NCBI GenBank assembly: GCA_045660965.1
Contig: JAZRES010000004.1
Span: 6,396-70,395, forward strand
Source: Acutalibacteraceae bacterium
GTDB lineage: Bacteria; Bacillota; Clostridia; Oscillospirales; Acutalibacteraceae
Length of the DNA stretch: 64,000 nucleotides
Direction of reading: 5' to 3'
Shown: piece after piece, positions 59,266 through 64,000 of the stretch
How the letters are laid out: each line of letters opens with the position of its first letter
How positions within the stretch are numbered: position 1 is the first letter of the stretch
The notes under the pieces: generated by a model
Seen by the model: the letters and a program-made list of their open reading frames with translations, nothing else
Told to the model about the DNA's origin: nothing
Databases searched by the model: none
Made by a program: the position numbers and the translations under genes

Positions 59266-59402
59266 GGTCTTTTCCTCCTTTTAATATATGGCGAGCAGAA
59301 TCCCCCTCTGCTCATAAAATAGGCCAATATCATTATATACTATATTTATAACGACAAAAAGATACAAAATAGAGAAAAAGCGGTACAAAACGAAAGTTTT
59401 TC

Positions 59403-59431
59403 ATTGACAAAAGAGGAGTAGCCATATAGTA
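59403..59431 (+). promoter_or_regulatory. Candidate sigma-A promoter of AraC-2, in the divergent region shared with P2
   Basis: TTGACA-17 nt-TAGTAT, ~40 bp upstream of the ATG at 59473. Confidence 0.5.
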
Positions 59432-59472
59432 TGGTAGTATAAAAAGTACCTAATATAAAGGTAGGTGAAAGT

Positions 59473-60327
59473 ATGTACGTGTATCGTGGTGATTTGGGCA
59501 ATTACGTGGATGCCATTGTGGACACCACCACACCGCTGTTGATTACCTCAGCCGGCAATATTCGCCCTCGTAGTGCAGCGAAATTCTATACCACCCGTCC
59601 GGAAGGGCGAGAGGATTATCAGCTCCTTTACGTGGCGGATGGATTCATCCATTTCGAGTTTCACAGTGAGGAGCGGGTGGTGGAAAAAGGCCATCTGGTT
59701 ATGTATTGGCCGGGTGAGAGCCAGTACTATAAAATGTATGCCGCCGACCAGGCAGAATTCTATTGGGTGCACTTCACCGGCTACGACGTAGAGCGCTTGT
59801 TGGCAGAGTGGGGGATACCCCGTGGGCAGAACGTGTTTTGGGTGGGTACCGACTCGGATTATCGGTGGCTGTTCCACCAGATGATTCGGGAATTGCAGTT
59901 ACGCCACAGCAAATACGAAGAGGTCACCCGTATGAATTTGCGCCACCTTTTCCTGCTGATAGAGCGCCATTTGACCGAGTCGGAAGAGGATATCAGCGCC
60001 GATTTCCACGGCGAAATTATCCAGGCCATCACTTGGTTTGACCGCCATTGGCGTGAGCCCATCTCCATCGAGGATTACGCTACCAGAAACCGTATGACCC
60101 CCTGCTGGTTCCGGCAAAAATTTAAGCACCAGACCGGCGTCAGTCCTATGCAATACGTTACCAATCTGCGCATCACCAACGCCATGAATCTCATAGAGAA
60201 TACCGACTATAACATCTCCCAGATTGCTGAGGCGGTAGGGTATGAAAACCCCACCTATTTCCGCCGTTTGTTCCATAAGCACACCGGTATGTCCCCTTCG
60301 GAATATAAGAAGCAAAAACGCAAATAA
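59473..60327 (+). CDS. AraC-family transcriptional regulator (cupin sensor + HTH), AraC-2
   Basis: N-terminal AraC-binding/cupin pattern (REDYQLLYVADGFIHFEF...GHLVMYWPGE). C-terminal HTH ISQIAEAVGYENPTYFRRLFHKHTGMSPSEYKK. Confidence 0.88.
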   Translation: MYVYRGDLGNYVDAIVDTTTPLLITSAGNIRPRSAAKFYTTRPEGREDYQLLYVADGFIHFEFHSEERVVEKGHLVMYWPGESQYYKMYAADQAEFYWVHFTGYDVERLLAEWGIPRGQNVFWVGTDSDYRWLFHQMIRELQLRHSKYEEVTRMNLRHLFLLIERHLTESEEDISADFHGEIIQAITWFDRHWREPISIEDYATRNRMTPCWFRQKFKHQTGVSPMQYVTNLRITNAMNLIENTDYNISQIAEAVGYENPTYFRRLFHKHTGMSPSEYKKQKRK

Positions 60328-60375
60328 AAAAAGAAATCCCCGGCAACGGAAAATCCGTTGCCGGGGATCTTTTTA
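60328..60375. terminator. Bidirectional terminator between AraC-2 (+) and giant paralog P3 (-)
   Basis: aaaaaaagaa-atccccggcaacgga-aaa-tccgttgccggggat-cttttt. Confidence 0.85.
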
Positions 60376-60401
60376 GGTTTTATTTACCGCTTTAACCGGA
60401 A

Positions 60402-63400
60402 TTAGCCGGTGTACTCCTCATCGGTAGTAGCGGTAACAATGCGCTGGGGACCGTAAACGGTCTCGTTTACGGGGATGTAGTCGATATACTCGTTGGGGTT
60501 GTGAGCCTGACCCTTAGCCTTCAGGTTGTGGTAGCCATCCTTGTCGTAACGAGTGATGATGACAGAACCATCCGCCTGAATCTTAAAGGTGGTCATGGTC
60601 AGAGTCCAGTCGGGACCCTGCTCTACGTGATAGCCAACGTAACCGGAGTTCATATAGGTGAACTTCAGCTCGACTTCCTGATACTCCTTGTAGTTCTCAG
60701 GCTTAGCGATCAGCATGGTGTCGCCCTTAGCCAGGTAGATAGAACCACCGCCCAGGTAAGAGTCATAGTCACCGGAGTGGTTATGACCGAACAGGAAGAT
60801 AACGTTAAAGCCGTTCTCGCCACCGTAGTTCAGAGCCTCTACAATACCCTGAGCGTTCTTACCAGCGCCGTAGTCGCTGATGGTACGCCAGTTGAAGTGT
60901 AGCGGCACGTGAGTCAGCACGAAGATGGGCTTGTTACGATTCCAGTTGTTCTCGATTTTCTCGTTGAAGTAAGCCATCAGGTCGGCAGCGGGATCGTTGG
61001 CACTGGTGCCACCGAACTGACCGTAGTCTTCCTCATGGATAACGAAGGCGCCATAGGTGCCGCCCACGGGATCGTTGTTGCCATAGGGGCTCAACTTCTC
61101 AACGGTGGGAGCGTCGTGGTTACCCTCAGAGAAGACCTTGTTACCGATGATGAAGCCGTTGGTGAAGTTATCCAGCTCGGCAATACCCTCGGTAGCGTTG
61201 TCGTGACCGTGGTTGGGAGTGTAGTCACCGGTGAACAGCAGACCATCGAACAGCTCATAGCCGTCGGTATTCTTGATACCGCCCAGGATGCTGTTGATGT
61301 TGTTGAAGTTCTTCTCCCAGGTGCTGGCCTGGAAGTCGGTACCGGCCAACAGGATGGTATCACCCATGTTGGAGATCTCATAGGGGTTGATGATGGCACG
61401 GCCAACAGCACGCTTGATGTTGAATACATCGTTGGTGACAGAGGCGGGAGCATAATCAACCAGATCCAGGCTCTCACCGGTGATGGCAGCGTACCAGGTC
61501 AGAGAGGCGGTATAATCGCCGTGCTGATCGTTCAGGTGGTAGCCGTCAGCGGTCAGAGTGTCGCCCAGAGCGGTCTGACGCAGGTTCTGGATAGCAGTAC
61601 CGGCGGGGATGACACCGTCGATGCCCTCTACGTTCAGAACAGTGCCCTGAACAGCGTTCACGATGGCATTGTACATAGTCATCTGATCGCTACCGTAGTT
61701 GGGGAATGCCTCGTGGGTGCTATCCTGCTGATAGGCCCAAGTCATATGCCACATAACCTTGGCATCGGGGTTGGTCTTGTACTGGTTGACCCAGTCAACG
61801 ATATTCTGCAGGTTGCCGAAGGTCTCGGGCTGGCCGGAGTTGGAGGAAACCTGCTGCACGGTGATGACATCCCAGTTCTCATCCTGCAGAGCGGTCAGAG
61901 CCTGAGTGCCGTAGGTGGTCTCCCACTTACCGTTGTCCTCGTTCTTGTGATACTCATAAGAACCGGACTTGTTGCTGATGTAGCCCCAGTGCTGGTCCAG
62001 AGAGCAACCGCCGACGTACAGGTTACCCAGGATGACCTGGTCGTAGTCAGCGCTCTTCAGAACGTCGTACAGATAGTTGCGCATAGCGTCAACAGAGAAG
62101 GAGTTGCCGATGGCCAGAACCTTCAGAGAGCGGCGTACGCTGGCAACAGCGTCGTAGCTCTCGTTGGCGGTCTCACCGTAAATGGTAACTTCCTCGCCGT
62201 TGATCTCGTAGGTGTAGTAGGGACGAGTGTAGATCTCGTCAGCGGTATGACCGTCGGGGATGTTGACGATACGGATGGCATAGAACATGTCACCGTTATC
62301 CTCGTAGTCGGTCATATACTTGGCAGCAACCTTGATAACGTTAGTGCCGTTGACGTCAGCCAGGGTCATATCGCCGGAGCCGATAGCAGCCTGGTTGGTA
62401 ACGACAGCGCCGGACTCGATCAGAGTACCGATAGCGTCGTCGTAGTTGAACAGCTTCATGGTACCGGTACCGGAGATGTACTGGTTGCCGTTCTCGAACT
62501 GAGCGCCGATAACATTGGTGGCAAAGCGGAAGGCCAGACCACGGTTGTCGTCGCTGACGTCACGGATGGAGGTGCCGGAGTTCTTCAGAATCTCGCAACG
62601 GTCCATCTCGTCGCCGGACAGGCACTCGATCTTGATGTCGTCGATCCACAGCTCGTCGACAGCGCTGGGATTGCTCTCAGCCTTACCGGAGCCGGAGAAG
62701 TTCAGGATCAGCTTGGTAACGTAGCCGGACTCGAAGGTGGCCTCGTACAGAGTCCAATCCTGCTTACCGCTCAGATAGTTACCGGCCAGCTTGGTGTTCT
62801 GGTTGTCCTGATCCTTCAGGGTCATGTTCAGACCGTTCTTGGGGGTCTTGTACCAGAAGGACAGCTTGTAGGTCTTACCAACCTCAACAGCGATGTCTCT
62901 CTGGGTCAGCAGGCCGCCCCAGTTAGCGGTACCCTTCAGGATAGCGCCGTACTTGCCGTTCTTGGCGGCGGTGGCGGACAGAGCGGTCTCTTTGTTGGTC
63001 TCCCAACGGGTCATGGAGCCGGCCTCGAAGTCGCCGTTCCAGATATAGCCGTCGAAGGAGGGATCCTTAACCTCAACAACCTTGAAGTCGTCGAAGTAAA
63101 CCTTATCGGTTACGTTGTTACCGCTACCGCAGATGTTGATCTTGGCAGTGGTGCCGGTGGCGGTAAACTCCAGGGTGTGAGTAGCCCAAGAGGTGCCGCT
63201 TACATACTTGCTGGCTAGGGTGGCGCCATCCTGCTTGATCTGTACGTTTACACCGCTGGAAACAGCCTTGTAGCTGAAGGAAACGGCATAACGATGGCCA
63301 GCCTCGGTAGCGAAGTCCTGATAGGCCAGACCGGGATAGCCGGAGCCGTTACCGGTAGCTACCAGACCATACTTGCCGGCGTTAGCAGCCTCTTTGGCTA

Positions 63401-64000
63401 CAGTAGTCTGCAGGTAAGAGGTCCAGCCGGAGAGCTCGCCGGTCTCGAAGTCGCCGTTCTTGATGAAGCCATCGTCAGAAGCGATCTTCTCGCCAACCAG
63501 CTTGATGTCGTCGATCAGGACGTCCTCAGCCACGCCGTTACCGCCGCCGCAGAAGTTGAAGCAGATGGTGTTGGTGGTGGGGGTCACGTCCCAGGACAGC
63601 TGAGTCCACTCGGTAGCGGTGAACCACTTGCTGGCCAGGTTGGCGCCGGAGGTGCCGCCGTCCTTAATCTGGACGTTGACGCCGTTCTGGTTGGTCTTCA
63701 GCCACAGGCTGACGGTATAGGTCTGGCCGGCCACAACAGTGACGTTCTGGTCCAGCATACCGCCCCAACCGCCGGTACCCTTTACGTTAACAGCATAGGA
63801 ACCGCTGTGAGCGTTGGTGGAGATGACGGTGGACTGGTGCTTGTTCCAGCCGTTCAGGTTGCCCAGCTCGAAGTCGCCGTTGTTCACCAGGTTATCATCT
63901 TCCTCAACCTCGGGCAGGATGATCTTAGCAATGTACAGGTCGTCAACCCAAACGTCCTGGGCAACGCCGGTATCCTGGAACTTAAAGCGCATCTTGCCTT
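60402..64000 (-). CDS. Giant secreted protein P3 (5' end beyond the window): >=4 CBM4_9-like modules + YARPYY-type module + intact-looking DUF4886/SGNH domain + metallophosphoesterase domain
   Basis: Module starts: NLVNNGDFELGNLNGW, GFIKNGDFETGELSGW, GYIWNGDFEAGSMTRW. Then RGLAFRF...IYTRPYYTYEINGEEVTIYG. SGNH blocks AIGNSFS and ADGYHLND. MPE motifs: GTDFQ, TGDYT, GNHD, THVPL, GHNHSG. The reading frame is still open at 64000. Confidence 0.85.
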   Translation of the reverse strand, partial: GKMRFKFQDTGVAQDVWVDDLYIAKIILPEVEEDDNLVNNGDFELGNLNGWNKHQSTVISTNAHSGSYAVNVKGTGGWGGMLDQNVTVVAGQTYTVSLWLKTNQNGVNVQIKDGGTSGANLASKWFTATEWTQLSWDVTPTTNTICFNFCGGGNGVAEDVLIDDIKLVGEKIASDDGFIKNGDFETGELSGWTSYLQTTVAKEAANAGKYGLVATGNGSGYPGLAYQDFATEAGHRYAVSFSYKAVSSGVNVQIKQDGATLASKYVSGTSWATHTLEFTATGTTAKINICGSGNNVTDKVYFDDFKVVEVKDPSFDGYIWNGDFEAGSMTRWETNKETALSATAAKNGKYGAILKGTANWGGLLTQRDIAVEVGKTYKLSFWYKTPKNGLNMTLKDQDNQNTKLAGNYLSGKQDWTLYEATFESGYVTKLILNFSGSGKAESNPSAVDELWIDDIKIECLSGDEMDRCEILKNSGTSIRDVSDDNRGLAFRFATNVIGAQFENGNQYISGTGTMKLFNYDDAIGTLIESGAVVTNQAAIGSGDMTLADVNGTNVIKVAAKYMTDYEDNGDMFYAIRIVNIPDGHTADEIYTRPYYTYEINGEEVTIYGETANESYDAVASVRRSLKVLAIGNSFSVDAMRNYLYDVLKSADYDQVILGNLYVGGCSLDQHWGYISNKSGSYEYHKNEDNGKWETTYGTQALTALQDENWDVITVQQVSSNSGQPETFGNLQNIVDWVNQYKTNPDAKVMWHMTWAYQQDSTHEAFPNYGSDQMTMYNAIVNAVQGTVLNVEGIDGVIPAGTAIQNLRQTALGDTLTADGYHLNDQHGDYTASLTWYAAITGESLDLVDYAPASVTNDVFNIKRAVGRAIINPYEISNMGDTILLAGTDFQASTWEKNFNNINSILGGIKNTDGYELFDGLLFTGDYTPNHGHDNATEGIAELDNFTNGFIIGNKVFSEGNHDAPTVEKLSPYGNNDPVGGTYGAFVIHEEDYGQFGGTSANDPAADLMAYFNEKIENNWNRNKPIFVLTHVPLHFNWRTISDYGAGKNAQGIVEALNYGGENGFNVIFLFGHNHSGDYDSYLGGGSIYLAKGDTMLIAKPENYKEYQEVELKFTYMNSGYVGYHVEQGPDWTLTMTTFKIQADGSVIITRYDKDGYHNLKAKGQAHNPNEYIDYIPVNETVYGPQRIVTATTDEEYTG

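Noticed and set aside
43783-64000. The giant multi-module proteins were considered as cellulosome-type scaffoldins or as sortase- or S-layer-anchored adhesins.
   Set aside because: I found no dockerin calcium-binding repeats (D.N.DG..N..D), cohesin-like modules, SLH repeats or LPXTG/NPQTN sorting signals on reading the translations.
63992-64000. The ATG at 63992 as the true start of giant paralog P3.
   Set aside because: The translation begins in the middle of a CBM-like module (…VWVDDLYIAKI is a module end) and has no signal peptide. The frame remains open to the window edge, so the gene continues beyond 64000.

Overview
Chromosomal window from a spore-forming Clostridia-class Firmicute. 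Spo0A is present, and C/G-ending codon bias is strong enough that many genes carry gene-length antisense shadow ORFs. 1-10.1 kb is ordinary housekeeping: an FTR-like protein plus thioredoxin, spo0A, a cytidylate-kinase-like protein, two tandem RumA/RlmD-type rRNA methyltransferases, a MATE exporter, tRNA-CAU and tRNA-Trp, signal peptidase I, an ACT-ACT-MBL hydrolase and mntP. From ~10.1 kb to the window end (~54 kb) lies one large accessory locus for extracellular glycan capture and processing, built by paralog amplification. (i) A two-gene cassette, 'secreted clan GH-A (GH5-like) hydrolase + secreted CBM4_9-like module array', occurs three times (10219-14695, 34681-38573, 41698-48585). The third partner is a 1600-aa, ~9-module, tail-anchored protein containing a roughly 90% identical 462-bp tandem duplication. 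(ii) A GH2 + ABC importer + GH130 operon (18338-33470) has a 971-aa CBM-extended solute-binding protein, two permease pairs and no ATPase. An uncharacterised NHL-TPR-Yip1 membrane protein and a DUF5696-like lipoprotein sit between the permease pairs, and inverted histidine-phosphatase paralogs bracket the operon. (iii) Three tandem giant minus-strand paralogs (1425 aa, 1657 aa, >1196 aa) share the architecture signal peptide - CBM-like array - conserved 'YARPYY' module - DUF4886/SGNH-like domain - C-terminal calcineurin-type metallophosphoesterase, interleaved with two AraC regulators. I saw no mobile elements, CRISPR arrays, rRNA genes, dockerin/cohesin, SLH or LPXTG signals. The best candidates for undescribed biology are the giant CBM-SGNH-phosphoesterase proteins, the recurring YARPYY module and the NHL-TPR-Yip1/DUF5696 insert in the ABC operon. 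All family assignments come from reading motifs by eye and need HMM or structure confirmation.
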